From positions 3,008,001 to 3,072,000 of the forward strand of contig CBDCXM010000009.1 in the NCBI GenBank assembly GCA_965223855.1: DNA of 64,000 nt, given 5' to 3'. Of the stretch, positions 10,613-23,678 are shown piece by piece; the stretch's first letter is position 1; every line of letters begins with the position of its first letter. The notes beneath the pieces are model-generated. The model saw only the letters and a list, made by a program, of their open reading frames with translations. It had not been told where the DNA came from and searched no databases. The DNA is from Candidatus Multivoradales bacterium. GTDB lineage: Bacteria; Acidobacteriota; Thermoanaerobaculia; Multivoradales; JAHEKO01. The translations under genes were made by a program, and so were the position numbers.

Positions 10613-10876
10613 GTTGCTCGGCGACTTCGACTCTCGCCGAGATCACCCGGAGTCGCTTGCAGGTCTGGAGCGGTACGGAATGGAACCCTCTACCGTGGGC
10701 GACTCACGCAGGCTCGCGAAGGTAGGAGTCGGGGCGTCGTGAAGGGATTCAGGTAGGGCGAAGGGGCTTCGGCAGTCTGAGTCTCGGCCTCCTTGAGCAG
10801 CAGTTGCCAGGCCTGGTGCGAGCCGGGGATGGCTCGAACTCTTTGGTGTCGGACGCTTGCAGATCGGCTGGAAGCG

Positions 10877-12835
10877 TCAGGAACCGGCCACCAGCGGCGG
10901 TGGCCGCCAGATCGACCACACCACCCGGATCTCGTGGCCGGGATGGAGGCCGTCGAGCGAGTCCCGCTCGAAGCGGATTCTCAGCCTGCGGGCGCCGGGG
11001 GCGAACCGCGTCGTCGTGTAGAGATGGCTGGAGCCGCGTTTGCCGGCGTAGTGGAGAGGGCGCTCGTCACCGTTGACCCGCAATTTTCCCCCTTCGGGGG
11101 CGGGCGCGAGGTCGGGCGTCGGCAGGACGAGCGCTACCGACAACAGGACCTCGTCGTTGCGCAGGGCGGCGACGAGTTCCTCGTCCAGCTCTACTTCGCC
11201 GACCCGGCAGAGTGTCGCCGCAGGGCAGCGTCGCAGCTCGAAGTCGGATGTCCCCTCCGCGCGATGCAGTCTTCGGACCGCCACCATCGACTCGCCACGC
11301 ACACTCAACAACCTTGGTGAGAACGTCTGCAGGTTGCCGCGGCCGGCGCCCGCCATCAGGGCTGCGTGAAAACGCGCACCCGGTTCGACGAGCCGGCGGC
11401 CTCGGAAGATGAGCCCGTCCGCCGCCCGCAGCTCCTCGGGCGGGACGCCGTCGAGACGCTCCACCTCGAGAGTGACGCCCGGAATCGAGCGTTCACCGAA
11501 CCATCCCTCGGGCTCGCCCGCGGCTCCTTCGACGAGGACCGAGCGCACCTCGTCTCGCGGCATCGGCTGTCGCAGGAAGAGCACCGCCTGGTCGTAGGTT
11601 CGCGGTATCCGCTCACGATAGACGTACGTCCAGCCAGGAGTGACGATCCAGACCGCGGCCAGGCTCGCGAGCACTACGGTGGCGAGCGTCCGGTGACGAG
11701 GGGGAAAGGCCTGTCGCAGGAAACCGCCACTGCGAGCGAGCGCCAGCCCCAACCAGAGGCAGGTCAGCGGCACCACCGGCAGTAGGTTGTTGGGCTTGAA
11801 GTAGGTCGTCTGTGAAACGTAGACGAGGAGGTAGAGAATCGGGTAGGCGACGAGGCCCGCCTCGGCAGCGTCCCGCCAGTCGCGCTCTGCACCCACCTTC
11901 GATCGCCGCGTCCACAGCGCGATCGCGACCGCGACGACCGTGACCAGGACGACCAGGCTCGCGCCGCGACCGTGCACCCACCGATCGCCGAAGAACTCCA
12001 GCGACGAGCGCAGGACGTCGAGGCGGGTCTGCCCGAGCGCGTCCGCGCGCATCTGATAGTCCCTCTTCAAAGCCTCCAGGTAGTGAAGGTAGGCCCAGCC
12101 GTACGGATTCGTCACGGCAAAGGCGACGAGGCTCGTGAGGGCGGCGACCCCGAGACGCTTCCACCGCGGAAGGTCGAAGCCGCTCGGCCAGACGGTGGCG
12201 ATGGCGATCGGCGCCGCCACCAGCACCCCCGTCAGCTTGGCGCTGGCTGCCAGGGCGATGCCGACGCCGGTGACGATGGCCCACCGCGTCGAGCTCGCCT
12301 CGAGGCAGCGAACCGTGGCGTAGAGAGTCCATGTCACTGCCAGCACGAGCAGCACATCGGGCTTGAAGATGCCGCTTGCGTGGAGATGCCAGGGGAGGAA
12401 ACAGAGACTCGCCGCGGCCAGCCACCCCGCCGCGTCTCCGTAGAGACGCCGGCCGAGTCCGAAGAGGATCACGACGGTCAACGCTCCGTAGAAGGCCTGC
12501 CATGCACGCAGCCCCATGTAGCCTGCCGCCTCGAAATGCTGCGGTGACATCGCCGACCAGCGATCGTCCCCGGTGGCCCCCTCGACCCGCTCGAGCAGCG
12601 CGACGATTCCCGCCGCAGGGAGATTGAACACTGGAGACGGGTAGTACGACCGGACCGGCCGGAGCGTCCCGTCTTCCAGGATCGAGCGGACGTTCTCGAG
12701 CGCATAGCGCTCGTCCCAGAAGCGCCTCGGATCGAGACCGCCGCTGCCGTACCAGACGCGCATTGCAAGCCCGGCGAGGAAGAGTGCGCCGACGCCCCAG
12801 AAGAGGGCGCGCGAACGGTTGGAGCGGGAGTTCAT
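10877..12835 (-). CDS. GT-C fold membrane glycosyltransferase (ArnT/PMT_2-like)
   Basis: N-terminal TM followed by FWDE; many TM helices; KPD and SAKLTG motifs. Confidence 0.78.
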   Translation of the reverse strand: MNSRSNRSRALFWGVGALFLAGLAMRVWYGSGGLDPRRFWDERYALENVRSILEDGTLRPVRSYYPSPVFNLPAAGIVALLERVEGATGDDRWSAMSPQHFEAAGYMGLRAWQAFYGALTVVILFGLGRRLYGDAAGWLAAASLCFLPWHLHASGIFKPDVLLVLAVTWTLYATVRCLEASSTRWAIVTGVGIALAASAKLTGVLVAAPIAIATVWPSGFDLPRWKRLGVAALTSLVAFAVTNPYGWAYLHYLEALKRDYQMRADALGQTRLDVLRSSLEFFGDRWVHGRGASLVVLVTVVAVAIALWTRRSKVGAERDWRDAAEAGLVAYPILYLLVYVSQTTYFKPNNLLPVVPLTCLWLGLALARSGGFLRQAFPPRHRTLATVVLASLAAVWIVTPGWTYVYRERIPRTYDQAVLFLRQPMPRDEVRSVLVEGAAGEPEGWFGERSIPGVTLEVERLDGVPPEELRAADGLIFRGRRLVEPGARFHAALMAGAGRGNLQTFSPRLLSVRGESMVAVRRLHRAEGTSDFELRRCPAATLCRVGEVELDEELVAALRNDEVLLSVALVLPTPDLAPAPEGGKLRVNGDERPLHYAGKRGSSHLYTTTRFAPGARRLRIRFERDSLDGLHPGHEIRVVWSIWRPPPLVAGS

Positions 12836-12965
12836 GGCCGGGGCCGGAGAGGCTCAACGGACCCTAGCAGACCGCCGCCATGGCGCCCTACTCGAGCCAC
12901 AAGCGTCGTCAGGCGAGGCCGGAGCGGCACGGCGGCTGCAGCGGCCCACCATGCCAGAATGCCCC

Positions 12966-14744
12966 ATGCGTTCCCTTCTCGCCGGCTTCTTCTGTGGCGC
13001 ACTGGTGCTGGCAGCTCCAGCCTCCGGTGACGGGACCCAGCGGCAGGACCCGCCGATGCCGTGGAACTACTCCGGTGTCCTTCCGCGAGAGCCGCGGGTG
13101 CCCGCGGTCGCCGGCAATTGCCCGGTCCCCGCGACGGCGGAGCGGGTGCTTGTCGCGGGCGACAGCTGGGCGCAGTACCTGTGGGATGACGACGCCCACA
13201 ATCTCGTTTTCGATCGCTTCGGCCATGCGGACAAGTTCGCGATCAGCCGCTCGCTCGGTGACGACCCGGGTCCCGGGCACACCGGCCCCGAGTACGCCGT
13301 GTCGGGAAGCGAGGCCCGGCAGTGGGTCGATACCGCGAACTACCCCTGGATCGCCAACGTCGTGGCGGAGTTGCAGGCGCTGCCCTCGATCGACCACGTC
13401 ATGCTCAGCCTCGGCGGCAACGACATCCTCGCCGCCCGCCCCGGTGGCGGCTGGTACAAGGACATGGATCTCGACGTTCCCGGTTCGGAGGCGGCGCTCT
13501 TCGAGCGCATCCTCGACGACCTCGACACCATCGCGACCGAGTTCCGCTCCGTCCGACCGGGGATCGACGTGCTCGTTTCGAGCTACGAGTATCCGAACTT
13601 CAACGTCGACCCGCTGTGGTGCTGGATCTACGCCTGCCCGAAGCGCGAGGAGCTCAGCCGCGACCCTGTCAACGACCTCATTACCGACGTCGAACTCAAC
13701 GCCATGATCGTCGACGTCGAGGCCGAGCGCCGCGACTGGATCGTGGCGACGCCCGGCCTGTCGTTCGATCACGGCGTCGGGACGATGCACCACTACTACG
13801 GCGACGGCGTGACCGCCCCGGGAGCCCTTCCCCGGCCCGGTCAGCTGCCGCCCGACTTCTCGCCGTTCCCGGGAGGCAATCCGCTACGGCCGACCTTGCG
13901 CGAGAACTTCCGTCGCCCTCTGGGTCTCGACGCCGACCCGATTCACCTCGACGAGGAGGGCTACCTGTACAAGGTCGCGCTTCAGACCGAAACGCACTAC
14001 TTCCCGAGCTTTCGGGGCGAGGTCTCGGTGACGCTCGAGTCCGAGGGAGGGGTCCGGGACGGCTGGACGAACGGCGACAGCAGCGGCACCGAAGCGATCC
14101 GGGTGGGAGACGACGGAGCGCGGCTGTATTTCGGACTGCTCAGCTTCGACACGGCGAGCCTCCCGCCCGGCGCCGAGATCGCCGGTGCCACCCTCTACCT
14201 GCTCCGCAACTCGGGAAGCGGCTCCAATCCGTTCACGAGCGGCGACCTCGGGGTGCCGAGTGTCGACGTGAAAACCGGCTCGTTCGGAGCTCCGGCCGTG
14301 GAGGTCTCGGACTGGAACGAGCCGGCGGACGCCGAAGACGCCGGTTGCCTTGTCGGCTCGGCGCGCGACGAGTTCGGAGCGCTCCGCATCGACCTCGGGG
14401 CGGAGGGGATCGCCGCCATCAATCGGGAGGGGTTGACGCAGTTCCGCCTGCAGTTTTCGGCCATCGACACGGGAGAGGACCGCGTCGACTTCAAGGACGG
14501 CGATGCCTCCTTCGCGGCCCAGCCTCCCGTCCGGCTCCGGTGGCACACGAAGACGGAGGGGACGGAGCCGGCCCTCGTCGGCTCGATCGCCCACCGTGGG
14601 GTCGCGGAGGTCTTCGGCAGCGCCAGGCCGCGCCTCGAGCTCCGCTTCACCGGCCCGATCTTCGAAGACGGATTCGAGTCCGGGGACACCTCCGCCTGGA
14701 GCGCGACGGTGAGACTGCCAACCCCTGAGACTGCCAACCCCTGA
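12966..14744 (+). CDS. Secreted SGNH/GDSL hydrolase with C-terminal beta domain and IFEDGFESGD tag
   Basis: Signal peptide; GDSW (block I), SLGGND (block III), DPIH (block V). Confidence 0.75.
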   Translation: MRSLLAGFFCGALVLAAPASGDGTQRQDPPMPWNYSGVLPREPRVPAVAGNCPVPATAERVLVAGDSWAQYLWDDDAHNLVFDRFGHADKFAISRSLGDDPGPGHTGPEYAVSGSEARQWVDTANYPWIANVVAELQALPSIDHVMLSLGGNDILAARPGGGWYKDMDLDVPGSEAALFERILDDLDTIATEFRSVRPGIDVLVSSYEYPNFNVDPLWCWIYACPKREELSRDPVNDLITDVELNAMIVDVEAERRDWIVATPGLSFDHGVGTMHHYYGDGVTAPGALPRPGQLPPDFSPFPGGNPLRPTLRENFRRPLGLDADPIHLDEEGYLYKVALQTETHYFPSFRGEVSVTLESEGGVRDGWTNGDSSGTEAIRVGDDGARLYFGLLSFDTASLPPGAEIAGATLYLLRNSGSGSNPFTSGDLGVPSVDVKTGSFGAPAVEVSDWNEPADAEDAGCLVGSARDEFGALRIDLGAEGIAAINREGLTQFRLQFSAIDTGEDRVDFKDGDASFAAQPPVRLRWHTKTEGTEPALVGSIAHRGVAEVFGSARPRLELRFTGPIFEDGFESGDTSAWSATVRLPTPETANP

Positions 14745-14747
14745 GAC
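14710..14747 (+). repeat. 16-bp tandem duplication spanning the stop codon
   Basis: tgagactgccaacccc x2 plus tgagac. Confidence 0.85.
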
Positions 14748-14772
14748 CGTCCCCGGGGGATCGCAACCCGGC

Positions 14773-16284
14773 TCAGCGCTCGACACGCCGGTCCAGAGCG
14801 CGGTACTGGATCGCTTCGGCGAGATGCGCCGTGCCGACCTCCGAGGCGCCGGCGAGATCGGCGATCGTCCGGGCGACCCGCAGCAGACGGTGAAGGCCGC
14901 GGGCGGAGAGGCCGAGCCGATCGAACGCCGCCCGCACCAGCTCTCTGCCGTCGGGGGAGAGGGAAGCGGCGCTCTCGACGCGGTCCGGGGCGAGCTCGGC
15001 GTTGGTACACGCCTGCCGCCGGAGCTGGACCGTCCTCGTGCCGACGACCCGATCGCGCACGTCCGAGCTGCTGTCTCCGGCCGCACGGGAGGTGAGGACG
15101 TCGAACTGCTGTGCCGGCACCTCCACGTGAAGATCGATCCGGTCGAGGAGTGGGCCGGAAATCCGCGCCCGGTAGCGCTCGATTCCCCGGCTCGAGCATT
15201 CGCAGTCGTGAAGCTCGTCGCCGAGGTGGCCGCACGGGCAGGGGTTCATCGCCGCCACCAGCTGAAAGCGGGCCGGGAAGCGGAGGCGCGCGTAGGCGCG
15301 CACGAGGAACAGGTGTCCTTCCTCGAGCGGCTGTCGGAGCGCCTCGAGCGTCGAACGTCGGTACTCGGGCAACTCGTCGAGGAACAGCACTCCTCGATGC
15401 GCGAGACTGATTTCGCCAGGGCGAGGCACCCCGGCGCCGCCACCCACCATCCCCGCCTCGCTGATGCTGTGATGCGGAGCCCGGAAGGGGCGCATCGAAA
15501 CGAGTCCGTTGGGAGGCGTCTCGCTCACGAGCGAGTGGATCTTCGTCACCTCCAGCGCTTCCTCGCGCTCGAGCGGCGGGAGGATCCCGGCGAGACGACG
15601 GGCGAGCATCGTTTTGCCGCTTCCCGGAGGACCGACAAAGAGCAGGTTGTGGCCACCGGCGGCGGCGACCTCGAGAGCTCTCTTGGCACCCTCCTGACCT
15701 CGGACCTCCGCGAGATCCGAGGTCTCGGCGAGCGGCGTCTCCGGCTCCACGGCCACCGCGGGCACCCGCGTCTCGATGCCGAGTAGATGCTGGAGCGCCT
15801 GCGCGAGCCCGCTCACCCCGATCACCGGCAGTCGCCTCAGCGCCGCCGCCTCGGAGGCACACCCTTCGGGAAGCAGGACCTCGCGTGAGCCCAGGCGATC
15901 GGCAAGGTGGGCGATCGCCAGAGCGCCACGAATCGGCCGGGTACGACCGTCGAGCCCCAGCTCGCCGCAGAACAGGCGACCGGCCAGGACCTCCTGCGGA
16001 ATCTCCTCGTACGCCGCCAGCAGGGCGACGGCGATCGCGAGATCGAGGTGGTTCCCCGCCTTCTTCATGTCGGCCGGCGCCAGATTGACCGTCACAACAC
16101 GCGGCTCGAGGCGGATTCCGCAGTTGCGGATCGCCGTCCTGACCCTCTCGCGGCTCTCCCTCACGGCGGTGTCGGGAAGCCCGACGATCTGCATCTGAGG
16201 GAGGCCGTGGCGGACATCGACCTCGACCTGCACCGGCCGGGCGTCGATTCCCCAAGGGGTCGCCGCTGTCGCGCGCGCCAACAT
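14773..16284 (-). CDS. comM: YifB/ComM Mg-chelatase-like AAA+ ATPase
   Basis: IVGLPDTAVRESRERV, GPPGSGKT, GEISLAHRGVLFLDE, AMNPCPCG. Confidence 0.95.
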   Translation of the reverse strand: MLARATAATPWGIDARPVQVEVDVRHGLPQMQIVGLPDTAVRESRERVRTAIRNCGIRLEPRVVTVNLAPADMKKAGNHLDLAIAVALLAAYEEIPQEVLAGRLFCGELGLDGRTRPIRGALAIAHLADRLGSREVLLPEGCASEAAALRRLPVIGVSGLAQALQHLLGIETRVPAVAVEPETPLAETSDLAEVRGQEGAKRALEVAAAGGHNLLFVGPPGSGKTMLARRLAGILPPLEREEALEVTKIHSLVSETPPNGLVSMRPFRAPHHSISEAGMVGGGAGVPRPGEISLAHRGVLFLDELPEYRRSTLEALRQPLEEGHLFLVRAYARLRFPARFQLVAAMNPCPCGHLGDELHDCECSSRGIERYRARISGPLLDRIDLHVEVPAQQFDVLTSRAAGDSSSDVRDRVVGTRTVQLRRQACTNAELAPDRVESAASLSPDGRELVRAAFDRLGLSARGLHRLLRVARTIADLAGASEVGTAHLAEAIQYRALDRRVER

Positions 16285-16361
16285 TCAACCATCCAGACGC
16301 CGTCGCCGCGGGCGATCTCACACCGCCCGCTTCTCCCCGGGGAGTGACTAAACTACCGGCA

Positions 16362-17874
16362 ATGATCGAACTCACCGGCAGCGCTCTCGACCTGGCCACC
16401 GTCGGCAGGATCGCCGGGGGAGAGGCGTGCTCGTTGAGCCCGGGCGCGATCGACCGCATGGAAGGCTCCCGCGGTGAGGTCGAGCGAGCCGTCGCCGCAC
16501 AGGTACCGGTTTACGGCATCAACACCGGGTTCGGCGAGCTGGCGACCGTCTCGATTCCCTGCCGGGAAGGCGGCGGAGCTGCAGCGCCGCCTGCTGCTGT
16601 CGCACGCCGCGGGCATCGGGCGAGCGCTCGAACCGGCCGTCGTACGCGTCATGCTGGGACTGCGTGCCAATGCGCTGGCGGTGGGGCTTTCCGGCATTCG
16701 CCCCGCGGTCGTCGAGCGTCTGCTGCTGTTCCTCGAGCGCGACTGGTTGCCTTTCGTCCCGCGACGGGGCTCGGTCGGGGCGAGCGGCGATCTCGCCCCT
16801 CTGGCGCACCTTGCCCTGCCGCTCCTCGGGGAAGGCCTCTTCCTAGGAGAGGAAGACCGACCCGTACCGGCGATGGAGCAGCTCTCGCGAGCCGGGCTCG
16901 AGCCGCTGGCCCTGGAGCCCAAGGAGGGTCTCGCCCTCATCAACGGCACCCAGGCGATGACGGCGGTCACCGCGGTGGCGGCCCTCGAAGCCGGCCGCCT
17001 CGTCCGCCTCGCGGACCTCGTCGGCGCACTCTCCCTAGAGGCGCTCCGCGGCTCGGACACCGCCTTCGATCCCCGGCTCCATGCGGCACGCCCCCACCCC
17101 GGGCAGGAGACGAGCGCCCGCAACCTCCGTGCACTGCTCCAGGGGTCCGAGATCCGCGAGTCACACCGCGAGAACGATCCCCGGGTGCAGGACCCCTACT
17201 CGTTGCGCTGCATGCCTCAGGTTCACGGCGCCGTCAGGGACGTGCTGGCCGACGTCGTCCGCCGGTTGGAGATCGAGTTCAACGCGGTGACCGACAACCC
17301 GCTGGTCTTCGCCGACGGCGGCGAGATCCTCTCGGGCGGCAACTTCCACGGTGAGCCGATCGCGTTCGCCGCCGACTTCCTCGGCATCGCACTCACGGAG
17401 CTCGCCTCGATCTCCGAGCGCCGGATCGAGAAGCTGACCGATCCGCACCATTCCGGCCTGCCGCCGTTCCTGGTGACCGACGCGGGCCTCGACTCCGGCT
17501 TCATGATCCCGCAGGTGACCGCGGCGGCACTCGTGTCCGAGCTCAAGGGACTCGCTCATCCGGCTTCGGTCGACTCGATCCCGACGTCCGCCGGTAAGGA
17601 GGATCACGTCTCGATGGGGATGACGGCCGCTCTCAAGCTGCAGCGGATCGTCCTTCATGTCCGCCGCGTGCTGGCGATCGAGACCCTCGCAGCCGCTCAG
17701 GGGCTCGAGTTTCATCGCCCACTCCGATCCAGCCGTGCCCTCGAGGCCTTTCACGCCACGGTGCGTGAGATCGTCGAGCCGTGGGAGCGAGACCGATGGG
17801 CACATCCCGACCTCGTGTCCATGGAACGCCGGCTCGGCGGCGACCTCTCCCTGCACCTCGACACGCTCGAATAG
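16362..17874 (+). pseudogene. hutH: Histidine ammonia-lyase with a single extra-base frameshift near 16557-16560
   Basis: N-terminus (VYGINTGFGELA) lies in one frame; the rest (GSVGASGDLAPL MIO motif, QDPYSLRC, GGNFHGEP) lies in the next frame. Confidence 0.9.
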
Positions 17875-17925
17875 ACCCCCGGACCTCCTGCCCCTCGGGG
17901 TCGAGAGGAACTGAAAGGACCGACG

Positions 17926-19610
<1,685 letters not shown>

Positions 19611-19614
<4 letters not shown>

Positions 19615-22600
19615 GGGTTGCCGATCGGTTGAGATCTCCGATGGCTGGGGAGTCACTCGGTTCGTCCTCGGCGGGCCCAAGCCGATTCGAGCGATTTCTC
19701 GTCGCAGCGCTGGCGATCCTGGCCCTGGCGGCGGCAGCCGGCGAGGGGTGGCGCCACCGGACCGTCGCGACCCAGGACGAGCTCATCGCCGCAGCCCGGG
19801 CCGGATACGAGGCGCTCTGGCGACGGATCGACGCCCTGTCCCAGCGGGCCGCCGCAGAGGATCTGACCTCCCTCCCGCGAGAGGAGCGCTTTCGCCGCCT
19901 CGCTCGCCTCGTCGCCTCGCAGAGCGACTTCGACTGGTCGATCTACTATGTCGACCCCCAGGGGAGGATCGACGCGTGGGCGGGGGCGGGCCTGTTGCAC
20001 GAGCTCGACCGCTTCTCCCTGCCGCGAGCCGGGCGCACATCGCGCGCGAGCCTGACCGCCTCGAGTCTGCTCTCGGTGGTTCCCATCGCAGGCAACGCAG
20101 GCCGCGTGGTCGCGGGCGTGAGCCTGAGTTCGGAAACACTGCCCTTCGCTCTCCCGGGAGGAGCGGAACGTGGCACCCGCTGGAGCGCCATTCCCTTCGG
20201 CGGCGCGGTGCCCGGTGGACGAGCGGCCGTCGTCGTCAGTGAGACTCCGACTCTGCTGCTCGACACCGGTTCGCTGGGCGGGGATCGAAGACCGGACTGG
20301 CGGCTTCCCATGGCATTCGGCGCACTGCTGCTTTGCGCGATCGGAAGCGGCAGGCGAAGGCGCTACCCGGCTCTTGCGGCGCTCGCGCTGGGCGGCGGCA
20401 TCGGTCTCCTCTCTATCGCCCTGGCCGTCTCACCGTGGATCGCCGTTGCGGTCGGGCTCACGGCAGGGCTGCTGGCGTGGCTGGCCACGCGAAGGCGATC
20501 CGACCCGGGTGATCGGGACGGGTTCCAGGGTGTCTTTCGACGAGTGGCCGGTCCGGTGCGGGGATCGGTCACCGTGCTGGCGACGACTGCGTTGGCCGGC
20601 TGGATCACCCGCTCCGGCAACCCCGACCTGGGCGAGTCGTTCCTGATCTCTCCGGACGCGTGGGCCCAGCGGGTTCTGCTGCTCCTCCTGACCTTCCTGG
20701 TCTGGGAACTGCTCGCGGCCCTCGGGGTGCGGGCTTCGAGTACGAGCTCGCAGGAGAGCCGGCTGTGGTGGGCCGCCGGGCTGCTCGTCGCCGCGGCCGC
20801 GATCGTAGACCTCACGGTGCTGGTTCTCGGACTCGCGCTGACGGCCGGGATCCTGGCCGCGTCCGGTCTTTCGGCCGTCAGTCTGCGCGGCCGGCCGCTC
20901 CTCACCGCGGGCGTGACGCTGCTGGCGGCGCTCCTTTCCGCCACCGTTCACGAGACGATGTTCCGCTGGCAGCTGAGGCACGACCTCGCCGGGCCGACCC
21001 TCGACGCCCTCGCCCCGCCGACCCGCAACGAGACGGTCGAACTCCAGGACCGTCTCCGGGAGCACTTCCATCGCCTCGACCTCGCCGATCTCAGCGCCGG
21101 CTCGATTCGTGAGATGGACCTTTCGGACCTCGCCTTCGAAACCTGGCGGAGGTCCCCCCTGGCGCGGCAGCGTGCCGTGTCGGCGATCACGCTGGCGGGC
21201 GACGGTGGAGAAGGAAGCTCGTTCTCCTTCGGGATCCCTCTCGATGACGGAGGGACACCGACCGTCCAGTCCCGGGAGCGCCCGTTCGACCGGCCGGTCT
21301 GGGACCACGCACTCGTCACCGACCGGCTGCCGATCCTGCTGGAGGATCGTGAGTGGGGGACGCTCGAGTACTGGCTGCTGGTGCGCCCCGGGCATCGTCT
21401 GGCATCCGGGCCGATCGAGGATGTCGGCCGCGACCTGCTCAGGGGAGGGCCCAGCGGGCGGGGAGCCGTGCAGGAGATCCTCTCGCCGGCCGCCTACGCT
21501 CTCTACGGCAGTCCCGACGATCCGAGGATCTCGCCCTGGACGGATCCACCGCCGCTGGAGCGGGCGGCGCTTTCCGACGGCCGCGGCCGTCTCGAGCACG
21601 ACGAGACGTGGTGGTGGTTCTGGAGCGCTACCGAGCCGGACGGCTATCGGTTGGCGTTGCTGCCACGCGCCACGCCGATCGAGGGTCTGACCCGGGTCGC
21701 CACCCAGGCTGCGGGAGCCTGGCTGCCCCTCGCTCTCCTGACGTTGGCGAACCTCCTGTTGCGCCTCTCGCGACGGGCCTTCCGTGACCGCGCGCGGCTT
21801 CTCTGGCGTTCGTACTCGCGCCGGCTCGTGCTGGTCTTCTCACTGCTGGTGATCGTGCCGGCGGTCCTCGTCGATCTCGTGGTCCTGCGCGCCCTCGAGG
21901 AGAGGCTGGCAGGCGAGAAGCTCGCCGAAGGTCGGCGCGCTCTCGCCTCCGCGCGTCAGGTGGTGAGTGAGTACGCCGCAGCGAGAGAGCCGGGCAGCGA
22001 GTTCGCGACCGATCTCGACAACTCCCTGATGGCGTGGCTCGCAGGCGTTCTGCGGCACGACGTCAACCTCTACTGGACCGGCAACGACGTCGTCATCGCT
22101 TCGAGCCGGCCCGAGCTCTTCGCCACCGGAATCCTGCCGCGACGCGTGCCGGGGGCGGTCTACGACGCCCTCAAACTCCGCGGTCGACGCTCCGCCTCGC
22201 GCCTTCAGCAGGCGGGATCCACCCGCTACACCGAGCTCTACGCACCGGTGACGCTGCCGGGCGAGGAGGCGGGCGGAGCCCAGTTCCTCATCTCCGTGCC
22301 CCTCATGGCGCAGGAGGAGGCGGTCGCGGGTGAGGTCGCCCGGCTGCGGCGGCAGATCCTCCTGGCGACCGCCGCCCTGGTGCTGCTGCTCGTCGCTCTC
22401 GGGACCCGCCTGGCCACCCGATTCACCCGACCGCTCGAGGAGATCGTCGACGGGACGCAGCGCATCGCCGCCGGAGCGACACGGCTCGACCTTGCCCCCG
22501 ACGCACTCGAGCTCGCCACCCTCGTGCAGGCGATCGACCGGATGGCTCAGCACATCGCCGAAGGGCGGAGCCGCCTGCTGGCGGAGAAGGCGGTCGTCGA

Positions 22601-23624
22601 GAGGATGGTCGACAACATCACGGCGGCGGTGGTATCCCTCGACGGCGAGGGACGGGTGCTGATGCAGAACGCGGTCGCCGCCGAGCTGCTCGGAACCAGC
22701 GTCGGAGAGGCGATCGAGGTGGCACTCGCGCGGCGCGAGGCGCTCGCCGGGTTGCCGGACGCTCTCGCGAAGGCGCGCGATCGCCGCAAGCCGCAGACTC
22801 TGACCTTGCCGGCGATCGGGGACGAGGAGCCCCGGGAATGGACGATCGTGTGGGCCGACGTACCCGGCGAAGGGAGTCCGGTGGCCCTCGTGGTGGTGGA
22901 AGACGTGACGGAGGTCATTCGCGGAGAGCGCCTCGAGGCGTGGGCCGAGATGGCGCGGATGATCGCTCACGAGATCAAGAACCCTCTGACCCCGATCCGG
23001 CTTTCGGCCGAACATCTCAGAGAAGTGCGCCAGCGCAACCCGAAGAACTTCGACGAGGTGTTCGAGCGCTGCACGACGAACATCCTGCGCCACGTGGAGG
23101 AGCTGCGCGCGATCTCGAGCGAGTTCTCGACCTATAGCCGTATCCCCAGGATCGAGCCCGGGCACGGGGACCTCGTCGCCGCCGTTAGGAGCCTCGTCGA
23201 CGGATACTCGACCTCGCCTCCGGCCGGCGTGGAGGTCCTCTTCGAGAGCGCGGAGGAGAGCCTCGAGTGCGAGTTCGACCCCAAGCTTCTGCAGCGCGCG
23301 CTGCGCAACCTTCTCGAGAACGCGCTGAGGGCGGTCGCCGACGGCGGGCGGGTCACCGTCGCCGTAGAGCGGGGCGAACACGCGATCGTGACCGTTCGGG
23401 ACGACGGTCCCGGCGTTCAGGCCGGCGCCCTCGCGCGAATCTTCGACCCGTACTTTTCGACACACGATACCGGCACCGGACTCGGCCTGCCGATCGCCCG
23501 CCGCATCATCGAAGAGCACGGTGGCGAGATCTCGGCTCGCAATCGCTCCGAGGGTGGGCTCGAGGTCAGAGTGCGGCTTCCGCTCGCCTCGGCACGCGCC
23601 GGACGGGCCGACCCCCTGCGGTAG
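19611..23624 (+). CDS. Large multi-TM sensor histidine kinase (HAMP-PAS-HisKA-HATPase, NtrY-like)
   Basis: [21 protein letters not shown]-box, NLLENA, DDGPG, GTGLGL. Confidence 0.9.
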
Positions 23625-23678
23625 GATCTGCCGGTCCCAACCACACTCCGACCAAGCCCCCGACGAGGAGGATTCGCG

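Noticed and set aside
14773-16284. comM-yraN as a linked module
   Set aside because: Both are present but about 23 kb apart; ordinary known genes.
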